From NCBI GenBank assembly GCA_977017645.1, contig OZ360250.1:36270001-36334000 (forward strand): DNA of 64,000 nucleotides, given 5' to 3'. The DNA is from Torpedo marmorata. Its lineage: Eukaryota. The position numbers were made by a program, and so were the translations under genes. Below, piece by piece: positions 50,313 through 64,000 of this stretch. The notes beneath the pieces were generated by a model that was not told where the DNA came from, made no database searches, and saw only the letters and a program-made list of their open reading frames with translations. Within the stretch, counting starts at the first letter, position 1, and every line of letters begins with the position of its first letter.

Positions 50313-51462
50313 AGCTTATTCAGTCCGGCAGTTGGAAGGAATCAACAAGGGATCGAATACTGGCCTTAGTAACACAAGCAGGCTTGACAAACAGGAAGAG
50401 CTTCATTCATTTTGCATTAAAAAATGTGATAAAACTATCACCTTCAAAAAGTTGTAAAGAGTTCAGTTGGTAACTTTGAACAAACAATTAACAATCTCAA
50501 GCATTTGCAAGCCAGTTTTCACGTCAGTTACTTTACAACAATACCACAACCATGGAGGTTGGTGAGAATTTCAATGATCCACCCTGAACGATTCAGCCCA
50601 AACAGCCAATGATGGAAAGGGCACAGCATTTTTAGTGACTGCTCTTTTTTCCGCTTTCTGTGGGGGTTGTTTTTTTGGCCAGGGCTTGTGGCGAATTTGG
50701 TTTCGTGGGTGATTTTGTCACTGTTATTGCTCCATTTATGAGCATGTCGAAATTTAGTTCGCACATAAAACACAGATCCAATTCTTTTTAAGAAGCACAC
50801 TCGGTGCTGAAATGGTTAGTGTGACAAGCGAATCACTTGCACAATGAAATTTGTAATGTAAATAATGTAACATGACATTCGTTGATAGTAAAGCTAACAA
50901 TCTTGTAAATAGAAATAATTTAAGTTTCTCACCTCAAGTAAAAAGAACAAAAACAAGCTTGGTTGTCACCTGAAGGGCACACTGAAAGCTCTCGACTGAG
51001 TCAAGCACTGGACTAAAGCCACTTATATCAAGATATTGGCCAAGCAAGGGTCACGCTATGATTGAGGATAAAAAAGCACTGGAAGGTGATGAATGAAAGG
51101 TATCTTCAGGAGTATTCCCATTTCTCTACAATCTTTATAGCAGTTAGTTACAAAACGTATAATTTCACCAATTTTTTTTGGTGCTAGGTTATCGTCTAGC
51201 TGAAAAAAGAATGGTCATATCATGCAGCAATAAGCCTGTTCAGTTTGTGCCGATATTTCAATAAGGAAATAGCATCAAAACCTAATTAAAGCTGGCAATG
51301 CTGGGTAATATCAGCCTCCTGTCTTCCTTTGAATGATGCCAAACTTTTCAGGCTGACAGTAATCAACTCTGACAAACCATTAAAAGGAATGGCATCTTGA
51401 GGGAGATGAACTGCTTTTTGATCTCATCCCGACCAATGAAATCAAATAGTTAAGCCGAATTG

Positions 51463-52304
51463 CACCGGACAACAATTTTTTTTTCCCCAAAAGATTTGCT
51501 TCCTGAAAAGAAATTGGGGATTATGATAGACAACTTCAAGCTGAACACAAAGATAATTTCAGATTTGCTGTATCACATAGGAAGTTGGAGAGACATTAAA
51601 TTTGATTGAATTTAGCATGTTTAATGGCATAATGTACCCTGAGCCAAGCTCTCAGGTTGACTGCACATGTTGCACAACAAATGTGAGGAGCCCAGGGTTT
51701 GTCTTGGTCACCAATTTTACAACTGAAGTTGAGCTCATAGTCTTTCTTAATAAGCGCAGTAATGCTGCGTCTTTGAGCCTTAAGCGTAAAGTCGCCACAA
51801 ATGTAACAGAATGTATCGCAGCTGTTGCGACATTGGCGAGACATTTCTGCTGTATTGAATCTTCCTGAAGACTATAAATGATATTGGTAAGTACACTCAC
51901 TATGCTATTGCCTGAAGAACATGTGCATCAACATGAGTTCAATCTATATTAATGTAATGCACAGCATCTGTATATGTGAGCTGCTTTTATAGCCTGTCTG
52001 CATCTGTCCTGACTAAAAGTAAACACGAAAATCTGTAGACACCGTGGTTAGAGTAAAAAACACAAAAGCTGACTAAACATGCCCGGGCCTAAGACAACAG
52101 GCATGCTTGGACTGACCAAAACAGCTTGCTTTGTGGGCAATATGCTAGTAGACTTTAGAATATGACAGGAAATCATAAAAATAGATTATATAAAAAAAAT
52201 GATGTGTGATAGGAAAAGTTTAAGGTGATTTTCATGATCAGCAGCCCAAAATCCATAAAATACACCCAAAAGTGTTCAGGAAGCAAAATCTTCGTTGTCC
52301 AGTT
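51463..52304 (-). mobile_element. Internally deleted DNA transposon with Cys-rich N-terminal remnant (superfamily uncertain)
   Basis: ORF 51596..51844 FCYICG...IGDQDKPWAPHICC..C; imperfect TIRs (c/t)ggacaac...gattt(t)gcttcctgaa at both ends. Confidence 0.7.
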
Positions 52305-54193
52305 TAATTTTTCCAAATCAACAGGGAATTGGGAACGATGATGTACGTATGCCTTTTCTTTTTGGAAAAAGAAGGAAGACTTGAGGAGATTATTTCTGAG
52401 ACCATGCAGAGGTATCGAAATAATAGCATGCTGATTTAAAAGTAAAGCTGGCTTCAACTTTGGCAATCAAGAACAAAAATTCAAATAAAAATTTTCAAAA
52501 AACATTATTCAGATCGAAGCATTCAGAAAAGTTAACGAGTCTAGCTCATTTGTCAAAAAAATCCATGCTGTAATAAATACACTGCATTTGTTATGGAAAT
52601 AAAACATACAGTCATAGACAGTGACATGTTGAAAAATGTTAGTTATTGATGAGATGCATGGGGTTCGATACATGAAGGACGCATCTACTAACTCAACACA
52701 AAACTGCTATATGGATTCCTTGCAAAAACATGTTTATACTGCCGTTTTTAGATGGATAAAAAGATGATTTGGGTTTTGATCCTCCTTTCAGGAGGAGCTG
52801 AAATGACACAGGTTGTTGGAACGAGGATAGGGAGTGAAGAAGACCTCTGAGGACATCTAGTGGTTGGGTAGGACCCCACGTTCAGTCACACATGGAGATC
52901 ACCTGGTTTTACTTCCACGAGTAAATCAGGCTGAAGCAATGGTAAATTAATTTCAATTGGATTTGGTCCCACTGACTGTTGTCATAACAAAGGAAAATTG
53001 GATTTTGTATGATTATTTTGAGTGGTGAGGAATAAATATGTTGCTCTTGTACTAGCTTCTCAATTTGTGGGCCTTCGTGGAGGAGATAGTTTGGTGAAAA
53101 TACAGCAGAGATATTAGCTGCAGATCCACAGCACTCTCAGAAAGGTGAGAGAAATCCAAATTATTGCTCTGGTCTAACCTTGAACTTATTTACTTGTTCC
53201 ACTTTCTGCAGTTGATGGGGCGATTCATTTGTGAAATCTACATTAAAATGGTTTTCCACCTGAAAGCTCAGTTGGCAGATTGGTCTGTTTTATCTAGTTT
53301 ACCAAGACAGGAACAAATGAGATGAAATTCCAATAAAATTCTTCAAATGGATTGAAAAATGAAATGCACAAACAGAACATTCTTCCTGGCTTAACTTAGC
53401 TTTCCTTAAATATTCCTCAAAGTTCTTTTTTATTTCTAATATTCTTTCTTTCTCCCCTTTCTGTTAGGTTGCCCTATAATTAGGAATTAATACTGGTGGC
53501 CTATTCAGTTGTAAGGAAAGGTTTTGTAACTTGGGTGGGAGAAAAGTGAAGTTGGCGGGGAAAGGTGAAAAGTTAGTGGCTGAAATCAAGAAGCCTTGAG
53601 CCTTGTTTTACTCTCGAGCTTGGGGACACTGGGGTTGATGTCAGCAAAGGTCTTGGCTGAGATCAGCCAAATGTGCCTTATTGTGGCCAGTGCCTTTGAC
53701 CAATAGAAGTGCCTGAACCTCTTGCTCCAAACCAAGAATGCAGACAGTACTAAGACTCTTGCACCAGCAGTCTAACCTGAGGCTCCAAAGGATAGGGGCA
53801 ATTGCTTTTGTACCCAAGGGCACTGGTATCATCCACTTGTTTGAGAGACCAACAAGTGGCTCCTCATCACCAGGAATGGGCATGATCCTCAAGCAAAGAA
53901 AATGTGCAAGACTTGGCTTTGGGAAATACAAAGGTCCTGTTGCCTTTCTCTATTAATCTGCTAAAGTTATGCCATTAAAACCACCCTTTCTGCTCTGAAC
54001 TTGGCTGCCCACTCACTTCCTGGCTTTTAGCTGTTATTTGGTTCTGGGCTGCTGTATTTTCTACAGATTCAAAGTGATCTGTGGGCATTGCTGAAGATGA
54101 TGTACGCGTATACATGCAACATGAAAAAACCTCCTGATTAAGGTAGACAAGTTGTATCGCACTCTGGGCAACAGAGAACCTGCTTTTACTCAC

Positions 54194-54202
54194 AATATAT
54201 CA
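54194..54202 (-). CDS. KCNMA1: KCNMA1 9-nt alternative microexon (IYF insert, often called e20)
   Basis: ctggtag|TGATATATT|gtgagt between the CKACH exon and STREX. Phase 1-1. Gives L-I-Y-F when joined to 11164, or L-I-Y-S when joined to STREX, matching known Slo1 inserts. Confidence 0.9.
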
Positions 54203-56229
54203 CTACCAGTGTGCAGTTAAATTATAGAGTTTCATGTTCCAGGGCAGCAAGAAAAAAATAAATTAAAAATACATCAATCATCAAAAGGTACTTGCAGTCA
54301 TTTCATACATGGATTCTCATCTGCCTGAGTTCCATGAAAAGAGGCTTAAATGCATCTGTGGTTTCTCTGTTTCCCTACAACATTTTCTACAACCGTGAGA
54401 TAACGTAGAAGGGGTGAATGCTTGACATTTATGTTCATCCTTCAAAACAGATACATACCAAACTCGAGCACATTTTCTCCAACAAATCATCCTGTACAAC
54501 TCTTTCCACCAACCACTCCCCCGCCCGCAGAAAAAAAAAACAACCCTGCGAGGGCCATTCCACTTCCATCTCCTACCCTGAACAGATTTTCTTTGCAAAT
54601 TCTGGACATTCTTTGAATAATTCAGACTACAATGAAAAAGTAATGATAGTTTTAAGATGAATTTTTGTTATGCTTTCAAGCATTTGGGGTTTCTTTTATT
54701 TAAACAAAATATAAAGCTACTCACTTTAATTATTCTTGACCTCTATGGATACAGCAATTTTTTTTTTGTTTAAATTATTAATAATGGGCCTAAAAGGTTT
54801 GGACAAATGGCTAAGTAGGTCAGGTATATGTTAACAATGTGACATGACTAATGCCAATGTAATGATAAATCTGCTGGAATTCCTGTTTAAATGTGACAAC
54901 AGCTACTAAGATGTGTGTCCTTTTAAAAAAAAATCCTTTCAATTCTGGTCCTGTTTCTCAAGTGTTTCATATTGCATGTTCAACCAATGTCGACTGTGAA
55001 GTACAATGGATTTGGCAAGGATTTGTCTTTGTTTTCCAGCTGACTTGGAGAATTACCTCTTGAGTTTTCAAACAGCGGCAGTTTAGCTCTGACAAGCTCT
55101 TTCTTCAGCCTCACTAATCATGTCATTTTATTTATACATCTGTTCTACATCACATCATTAATAGATTGAAATTTGGACTCCTCATTTTAGGCACACCGTT
55201 ATTCTCCACGTATATTTTTAATTTTTTGCATGAGGCTTAATCACATTAATGCTAATTATTTTTCGCTCCCCAATCTGTAACATTCATTAATTTTTCCAGA
55301 TTTGTCATTATATATTAATGGCATAATGTTAATCTAAGCCTGCCTTCCTTTCAGGTAATTAAACTTCCTTTCATGGAGCCTGAATAATGTTGCTTTCCAT
55401 TTAATTTCCCCTACATAACTTATTTGAGTAGGTTAAGAGAGTTTGTGAGGGAGTTTGTGGCATTGTTACATCATGGCATTGTTACATTGGCATGAGAGTA
55501 TTCCTCGAGGCTGGGCAAATGGGACAACGGGGCAAAGAGAGCCACTCTCTTCTTTGATTGGCCAGTTTTAGGAGAGCAGAGGAATAGCCTATTGGTCAAT
55601 CAGAATTGGCAACAGAGAACATGTAAGCATGAAGAAAGATCTTAAGGTGGAAAGCTATGTCCTTCAAATAATAAAATGGTCAGTGCAAACCAAGTTCAGT
55701 CAATGTCACAGATAGAAGTATTACATCTTGCTAAAAATTATAATTCTACTGCTTATCCCAGCCTTAAAACCACCTTGCTTTTAAAAGAGTTCAATAATTA
55801 TTAGAATTGAGTTTCCATGCACATTGACCTCCATCCAATTCGTTTATGAAAGGTTTATGCTCTGTATCAAGCTTTATGGCTATCGAACCAAACTCTGCCA
55901 AATGGGGGCTATAATTAATAGGCGAGTTGCAATAAAAAAGAGCACCTGTACACTTGAAAGCTGTTAAAAATGAGTGTGTTGCTGTTGGGTAGCCGACATT
56001 TATAGTGTGTTGTTTATATTCAATGTCTACGGGGTGAGTAAATGGTGGTTTAACTACACAACTGTACTCCATCTCTGGTCTTCAGTGACAAGCTAATAAC
56101 ACAAAGCATTTGATGACCGATATGCCCTTCACCACTATCTGCACACCAAAGGCAAAACCTTCAAACCGTACATTGGTCTCAAATTATAACCAGTTAATTA
56201 CAAGCCGGTGACCGAAGATGAAATCATTA

Positions 56230-56391
<162 letters not shown>

Positions 56392-57864
56392 TCAAAAGGC
56401 AGAGTATATCTTAAACAGTCTTAACTGAACACATGTAAATTCAGCTAATATTTAAGTTTCAAGTTCCAGAGCAAGGTAAAGTATACTTGTTTGGGGGAAG
56501 TGGCTTGTTCCAAATGAGTTAAAGGAGTATTCAAGAACGCATTAAAAGAGGGATGGCCTTTCACCTCATTAATACTGCTCCTTTCCCAAAGCCTGCTCAC
56601 TTGGTACTATCATGGACTCCACTCGACACACTTAATCTCTTGAGGGAAAGATGTGTGAAATTTCTCCCTGACCCCCCCAAGGTAATTGACTGAAACTCCA
56701 GAATATCAATCTATCCTAACAAGGTCTATTATTCAATCCCCACCAGCTGCCTTCTGCCAACGACGTTTCCATGGCGCCAGTGTCACAGGAACCATTGTGT
56801 TTCCTAAAGTCATTGATCATCTCTGTCGGTACATATCATTATAATCTTCAGCTATGTAGCTGCTCCCTTTGAAGGGGTTCATCAGCGCAGCCTGAACTGC
56901 TTTTGCTCAGACTTTGTTCCAATATCCACCCTGCTCTGCGGGGGAAAGAACATTCTATTCTCCAGTCCTGCCTGAGGCATGTTAATTCTCATTTCCTGTA
57001 ACTCGGTGCTCAATGTCCAAGTTAAATAACTGACTCACATCTACATTATCCATGGTTATCAACGTTTGAGAGATCTGGATACCCTTCTGAACTTATTCCA
57101 CCGATGATGTTTGGTTCTGAGAAGATCCTATGATAACAAGTGTTGGTCTGTTCGCATGTAACCTTTTTGGGTCTACTTTTTGTCTTCTTAGTGTTCAGGA
57201 TACGTAACAAAGTGGTAGCAGAATCATTTAACCCGGTGTCTGAAGTTATCAGTCAGTGCAGAGTTAATCTCATTTATTTTAAAGCATTAGCGTAATAAAG
57301 CATTCCAAAATGCTTTGCAAGCAAAGTTTGGCACCGAGCTACTCAAAAGAGTTATTTTGCCATGTGGTGAAAATTTCAATCCAAGGGGGAGGTTTTAAAG
57401 AGCCTTGTTTAAGAGGAGTGGGAGGCGGGGGGTTTAGAGTGAAATTCCAGAATTCAGATCCCAGGGAGCCAAAGTCATCCAGTGTCACCACCATCGAAAT
57501 AAAGGCTGATCAAGTGCCTGAATCAGAGGGCAGAGATCTTGGAAGGTAAGACGACACTCCACAGATGGAGAGTAGTGAGGTCATCGTGGGATTTGAAAGC
57601 AGAGATAATAAGTAAGGTCAAAGATTTTAAATTAGTCCACTTAACAACCTAATTAAAACTTAATCTTCCAGTGGGACTCTCTTGCCCTCACCCCTTGCAT
57701 TGGTGGGAGAGGGAAGTAAATGGAGTGTCCAAAACTGGTCACACATGAGCACTAAGAACAGGACTAGTTCAGATAGATGTCTGAAACTCACCCTACCATT
57801 CAATAAGATTGTGGCAGATAATCTACCCTGCCCACTTTCCAATATTTAAATGTTAAATTTTTAC

Positions 57865-58076
57865 TTTTTAAATTTAGACGTACAGCATGGTAACAGGCCC
57901 TTCCAGCCCACGAGCCCGTGCCGCCCAAATACACCAGTCAACCTAAAACCCCCATACGCTTTGAAGGGTGGGAGGAAATCAGAGCACCCGGAGGAAACCC
58001 GCGCAGACACGGGGAGAACGTACAAACTCCTTACAGTCAGCGCCGGATTTGAACCCGGGTCGCTGGCGCTGTAATA
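57865..58076 (-). mobile_element. V-SINE (HE1-like)
   Basis: V-domain and box B on the minus strand. Confidence 0.85.
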
Positions 58077-59409
58077 GGGTTCCCTCTTGATTCCAACATC
58101 CTTCCGTTCCTTTAGAGAGCAAGAATCTACCAGTCTCGGTGTTGAATATCTCCATTGACTGAGAGCTCAATGAAAACAGAATGCCAAAGATTCACAGCCC
58201 TCTCCTTCTGTGGCCTCTTAAAGGCTGGCCTTTGTACCATGTTAGCAGTTATGGAACTAGCTCAGAAGGACGAGGAGGCTCCCAGTCTCCTTATGGAAGG
58301 GTCAAGAAACATCAAATGAAGGTGATTGATAATGGCACCAAAGTTCATGATGCTGAACTTCACCCTCACAGTGGTCCTGGAAATCACTGCGGGGAGTAGG
58401 GGAGATGCCTTCAACTGTGGATAAGTATTTGATAAGTAAAAAGGGCTGCACTCCAGGGAGAGGGCATGGAGTGGGGACGGCCAAAAAGGTGGCAAGAACT
58501 CAATGGGCCGAATAGCCTTTTCCCCAATGTTCCAACTTTCCTGTGATTCCCAGCAGTCAGAGGTGGAAATTTCAGAGGCGTCAGAGTGGAGAGACCTGAC
58601 AACAACCAGACTCCACTGGATGGCACATGCCATTTCCATGAACGTATGTACCCACCTCTCTCTCCCCCTCGAGATGCCTCTCAACAACTACTCCATGACC
58701 CAGCTCTTGGCCACAGTTATAATTGTCTGCAGCTGGATGCCAAACTTTGTTAGTTGACTCATTGTGAGGTGCCCTGGAATATTTCATTAACGCACACGGT
58801 TACTATATGTGAATGAGTGTTAGCACAGAGAAGCAATAAGACTTATTTCCTCATTCTATGTCAGTACTGGGCCCTGTACAGAAATAACCTTTTATTAGGC
58901 TTACTGACATAACCCCAATCTCAAACCTTCTCCATGAACCACAATGGACTATTTCTATTGTTCTATTTCTAAACGGCTATTTCCTACGAGTATGGGCTCT
59001 TTTGGTGAAACTACCAATTGGAAGTCTGCTCAGTAAAAGCCTGAAGACTCGAGTGTTTTGGATGGCCCACACAACCTGAACCCCACACATCATATCAGGT
59101 CCCATCGAGGTGTGATCAATGACCAGACTCTTCCGCCCATTCTGTGACCACGTGCCATCTTGGTATTCCAGAGTGAGGTGTGACCAAGCTGGCTTGTTGA
59201 ACAAGGAGAGATTAAGCAGCCTGGGCCCGCCGTGTTAGGAAATATTCGCAGAAGCTGGAATCTGAAACAAGCACAGAAATGCTGGAACCTTTGAACATTT
59301 CGGGTGAGCAGAACTGAGCTGCATTTGAGTTCTGGTGATGGGTTTTCAACCCGAAATGTTGAACTCGCTTCTCTTTCCACAGATGCTGCTTGATAGGCTG
59401 AGTTCTTCC

Positions 59410-60030
59410 TGCCTTCATTGCTAGAGGGATTGAATTTAGGAGCAGGGAGGTTATGCTGCAACTCTACAAGGTACTGGTGAGTCCGCATCTGGAGTACTGC
59501 GTGCATTCTGGTCTCCTTACTTAACAAAAGATGTACTGGCTTTGGAGGCGGTGCAGAGGAGGTTCACCAGGTTGATTCCAGAGATGAGGGGGTTAGCCTA
59601 TGCGGAGAGATTGAGTCGTCTGTGGCTGTACTCACTGGAATTTCGAAGAATGAGAGGCAATCTTATAGAAACGTATAAAATTATGAAAGGCATAGATTAG
59701 AGGTAGGTAAGTTGTTTCCATTGGTGGGGGAGACTAGAACTAGGGGACATAGCCTCAAGATTCAGGGTAGTAGATTTAGGACGGAGATGAGGAGGAACTG
59801 CTTTTCCCAAACGGTGGTGAATCTGTGGAATTCGCTGCCCATTGAAGCAGTGGAGGCTACCTCAGTAAATATATTTAAGACAAGGTTGGATAGATTTTTA
59901 TAAAGTAGGGGAATTAAGGGATATGGGAAAAAGATAAGTAGGTGGAGATGAGCCTATCATGATATCATTGAATGGCAGAGCAGGCTCGATGGGCCGGATG
60001 GCCTACTCCTGCTCCTATTTCTCATGTTCT
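59410..60030 (+). mobile_element. CR1 LINE 3' fragment
   Basis: Highly similar to 7290-8180. Confidence 0.9.
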
Positions 60031-60272
60031 GCATTTGTTTCTGGGCCCATATTGTTTACTGGATAAAAGAGTGAGAGGTGATCTGATTTCGGCATAGAAA
60101 TTTGTAAGGGGCTTGAAAGAGATGGGGAGTTGTTGTTTTTTCTGGCTGAGATGGTTAGTGTCAGGGATCTGATTCTCAAATCTGGAGTCGGATTTTGGAG
60201 AGAGAGGAAGAGAGATGCCTTCAATAAAATCTCATCTTACTCTTCCAAACAGCCAACTCATACTAGAGTTAG

Positions 60273-61672
60273 TAAAAACACAATGCTGGAGAAACTCAGC
60301 TGGTCAAACAGTGTACTTTATGTAGCAAAGATAAAGATACACAACCAGCATTTCGGGCATGAGCCCTTCATCAAGGTATGAAGAAATGTAGGCAGGCGCC
60401 CAAACAAAATGGTGAGGGAGGAGGGGCAGGGGGAGGAGCACAGTCCCAATAGGTGGATAAGGGAGGGAGGGCACACCTGCAAACAGGGGGATGGCTCTGT
60501 GAATGGTGAGGGAATGGGGTGGAGAGCTGGAGGAAAGAAGACAAAGGGAAAGGGAAGGGAGGGAGAACAGAGAGCAGGTTAGCAGAAACCGGAGAAGTCG
60601 ATGTTAATGCCATCCAGTTGGAGAGTGCCCAGACGGAAAATCAAGTGTTGTTCGTCCAATTTACGGATGGTTTTGGTGGGACAGTACATGAGGCTATGGA
60701 CAGACATGTCTGCATGGGAGTGGGGCACCGAATTGAAGTGGTTGGCCACTGGGAGATCCCTGTCACTGATGCGGACAGAGTGAAAGCGCTCAGCAAAGTG
60801 ATCTCCCAGTCTGCGCCCAGTCTCTCCGATGTAGAGAAGGCCAAAAAGGGAGCACCAGATACAGTAGATAACTCCTGCGGATACACAAGTGAAGTTTTGC
60901 TTTACTTGAAGGACTGTTTTGGGCCCCGAATGGTGCCCACACCTCCTCCCTCACCACCATTTGGGGCCCAAAACAGTCCTTGCAAGTGAAGCAACACTTC
61001 ACTTGTGTATCCGCTGGAGTTATGTACTGTATCCAGTGCTCCCGATGTGGCCTTCTGTCCGTCGGAGAGACTGGCCACAGACTGGGAGATCGCTTCCCTG
61101 AGCACCTTCGCTCTACCGCATCAATGACAGTAATCTCCCAGTGGCACTACAATTCCCCGCCCCACTCCCATGCTGACATATCTGTCTATGGCCTCATGTA
61201 CTGTTCCACCCAGACCACCCGTAAATTGGAGGAGCAACACCTAATTTTCCACCTGGCCACTCTCCAACCGGATGGCATTAACATCGACTTCTCTGGTTTC
61301 TGCTAGCTTACTCCCAATTCTCCCTCTATTCCCCGTCCCTCTGCCTTCTTTTCTCCAGCTCTCCACCCCCTTCCCTCTCCAATCACAGTTATCCCTCCTC
61401 CCACTGTTTGCTGCTGTGCCCTCCCTTCCTTATCCACCTATTACCTCTGCCTTTGGGACAGTGCTCCTCCCCCTGCCCCTCCCCACCCCCCACCCACCAT
61501 TTTGTTCGGGCGCCTGCCGACATTTTTCTCATTCCTTGATGAAGGGCTCAAGCCCGAGATGTTGGTTATGTATCTTTATCTTTGCTATTGTTTCACCAGC
61601 TGAGTTTCTCTAGCATTGTCTTTTTACTTCAACCACAGTGTCTGCAGACATTCGTGTTTTATTATATTTTTT
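60273..61672. mobile_element. 1.4-kb head-to-head Penelope-like fold-back (two GIY-YIG plus 3' UTR arms)
   Basis: Plus arm: VKQHFTCVSAGVMYCIQCSRCGLLSVGETGHRLGDRF.EH...LEEQHLIF. Mirrored minus arm, centre about 60930-60960. tcatactagagttag at 60258-60272 and 61673-61687. Confidence 0.9.
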
Positions 61673-63639
61673 TCATACTAGAGTTAGATATGCCCAACAA
61701 TAAAGAGCTGAACAATGCTGATGTTTCCTTATCAAGAGGATAATGGATGGGATTCCTGTGTAAATCCTTAAATATGGGAGAGAAATGCAAGTACCACTGA
61801 TATTTAAATGCTGGAATAAGGTTGTGGTAACCACAAGATATACTGTACATGATGCAAATCTTAGCACTCTGCAAATATAAAAGAAATAAGGATATCTGCA
61901 GTGTATTGCTGATAATTACAGAGGAAAAGCTTTCACAAAGGTCACCAGAGTAGCAGGTAATTCAGAATTGGAAGATCAACGAAAGATAGGACACTTTGTC
62001 CCCAGCAACTTCAAGAGAAGCACAGCGATCAAAAATGACCACAGTGGGTTAGTGTAGCCTCAGTAGTGCTGGCCTATCTGCAGTCCAGGAGAAGATAGGA
62101 TTCCTACCGATCCTGTTTAGCCACATGTTGTCTCCACCACAACAAGGCAGTCACTGTTCAACTTGTTGAGTCTATTTCAGACAGTTTGGAGCTGCATTGT
62201 TGCTCCCACAGTTTTTGGAATCTTCCCAGAAATGTGAGTCCCAAGGCTGCAAAAGGGGAGTGTGCCTACATTGAAGGAAAGGTGGGAATCTCATTCCCCT
62301 GACATGAGTCGAGGTGAAGATGGATATCAGTAAGGTGCTTGTAAGGGAACTTCGATTCACTGATGATGCCACCCTTATACCGCTCAAGAGATCGACTCCC
62401 AGAACTCACGGTACACCTTTCACACACTTGGCAGGCATTTTCTCTCAATATGGACAAAAAGAAAACCAATGTAACTCAACCAGTGACTTTCTCCAGATTT
62501 ATGAATCACCTCCAATGAAAACCAGCTCGAAGTTTACAAGTTCAGCTGCATTGGTTCCTCGGTGAACACAACTCTTCACTGGATGAAGAACTCAATGTTC
62601 ATGTCAGAAAAGCTGTGACCACCTACAGCAGAATAACCGATCCTCCAGCTCACCGTCATTGGTGAACAAGTGTCAAGTTACTGAGCACTTTCACGTACGC
62701 TGGAGACAGTGTTTTCACTCCAGGAGCCGAGGTGCACTGCTCACACAGCAGAATCAACATCAAGTGGCGAGATGGAGTCATCATCGCACTTCTTCGAAGG
62801 GCTGGTTGACTAAATATGACAGCCACACTCAATATGGGATGAGTGCATGACTTAGACCTCCTGAGCAGGCTGTATGGTGGTCACGCATACTCTTGAGCAT
62901 GCTGTGGCTGGGATCTATATAGGGAACAAAGGACTCCTGAGTTTCATGATAAAGTTGTGTGCAAGAGAAGAATGGAGGAGATTTTAATTGATCCAATCAG
63001 GGGGAAACAGTCTAGTGGGACATCAAAGTCCACGACAGGATGGAGTTCAACAGCTTGAAGAGAAAATTATCTGAATGATGTTTCTGAAATGAACACTTAT
63101 CTCTCACTCTCATGCACACATGCTCGCACATACACACACACACACACACTCTGACATGCACACGTACTCACACACGCAACTGTGTCTCTTTAACTGCACA
63201 ATTCAGCCTCTTCTGCAGAAGAAAGCATACCAGCAAAAATAATGTCATTCCAGGGCCAGATTCTCAGCTGCTGAAAGAAAACAAGAACTTGCAGCAGAAA
63301 CCGGCGACCCGGCCTCTTGAAGCTGCCCCACCCGCCATTCAACAAGCTTCATTCAACCTTGGCCTCAGCTCCCATTTCCTCCCTGTTCCCATATCCCTTG
63401 ATGCCCTTGGTCCAACAGTCTTGGCCGCAGATATATTCATTGACTCACTTGTACAGTTCTCCACGGTGGAGAATTAAAAAAATTCACAACTCTCTGAGAG
63501 AAGCAACTTCTCCTCATCTCCTTAAATGCGCAACCCCTTGGTCTGAAACGATCCAAAGAGAAACATTCCTTCAACATCTACCCGCTCAAACCCATCCGCA
63601 ATCATTCAACAAGATCCTCACATTCAGTTGTATGTCAAT

Positions 63640-64000
63640 CATGAAAGAAGGCTCGTCAGTGGCTATACTTCGTGAGGAGTTTGAGGACAATGCTACAGGT
63701 GTACTGTGGAGAGCATTCTGACTGGTTGCATCACTTTCTGATATGGAGGCGCCAATGCATAGGATAGGACAGGAAAAGGATACAGAGAGTTGTGAACTCG
63801 GCCATCATGGACATCAGTCTCCACTTCATTGAGGAGATCTACGGTGTCTTAAGAAAGCAGCCACCATCCTCAAGAACCCTTACCACCCAGGCCATGCCCT
63901 TTTCATAATGCTATCATTGGGAAGGAGGTACAGGAGCCTGAAGACGAACACCCAATGGCACAAGGACAGCTTCTTCCCCTCCGCCATCAGATTCCTGAAC
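63640..64000 (+). mobile_element. Rex1/Babar-type LINE fragment, running off the window end
   Basis: Same family as 15057 and 36168. Confidence 0.85.

Noticed and set aside
50933-50969. 37-nt segment with cccttcag| and GAG|gtgaga upstream of STREX
   Set aside because: Not a multiple of three; could only be a poison or pseudo-exon, and there is no supporting evidence.
62250-62650. RTE-like RT remnant (VRELRFTDDATL)
   Set aside because: Only one degenerate motif; not enough to annotate.

Overview
Vertebrate genomic DNA, most likely from a cartilaginous fish (inferred from HE1-like V-SINEs, the CR1/Rex-Babar/Penelope repeat content and the divergence of the protein). The whole window lies inside KCNMA1 (BK/Slo1 Ca2+-activated K+ channel alpha subunit), transcribed on the minus strand, and covers the alternatively spliced RCK1-RCK2 linker (site C2). 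Five exons were located with GT-AG boundaries and compatible phases: the CKACH exon (56235-56311), the 9-nt IYF microexon (54194-54202), the 174-nt STREX exon (50088-50261), the [10 protein letters not shown] exon (11071-11164) and the HDPL exon (6167-6290). The introns hold many transposon remnants. The best leads are: (1) a candidate extra in-frame cassette exon at 10599-10730/10841; (2) three independent fold-back insertions of Penelope-like 3' ends, each flanked by a ~15-bp target duplication, with hammerhead-like motifs in or near the arms; (3) a complete pogo-family (Passer/POGK-like) DD35D transposon with an uninterrupted ORF, plus a possible MITE partner; (4) a 5S rRNA-headed SINE with a Rex/Babar-type tail; (5) a Gypsy element with an in-frame loss of RT-RNase H. 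Protein identifications and comparisons with mammalian sequences are from memory, not from searches. Repeat boundaries are approximate unless a TSD or TIR is quoted.
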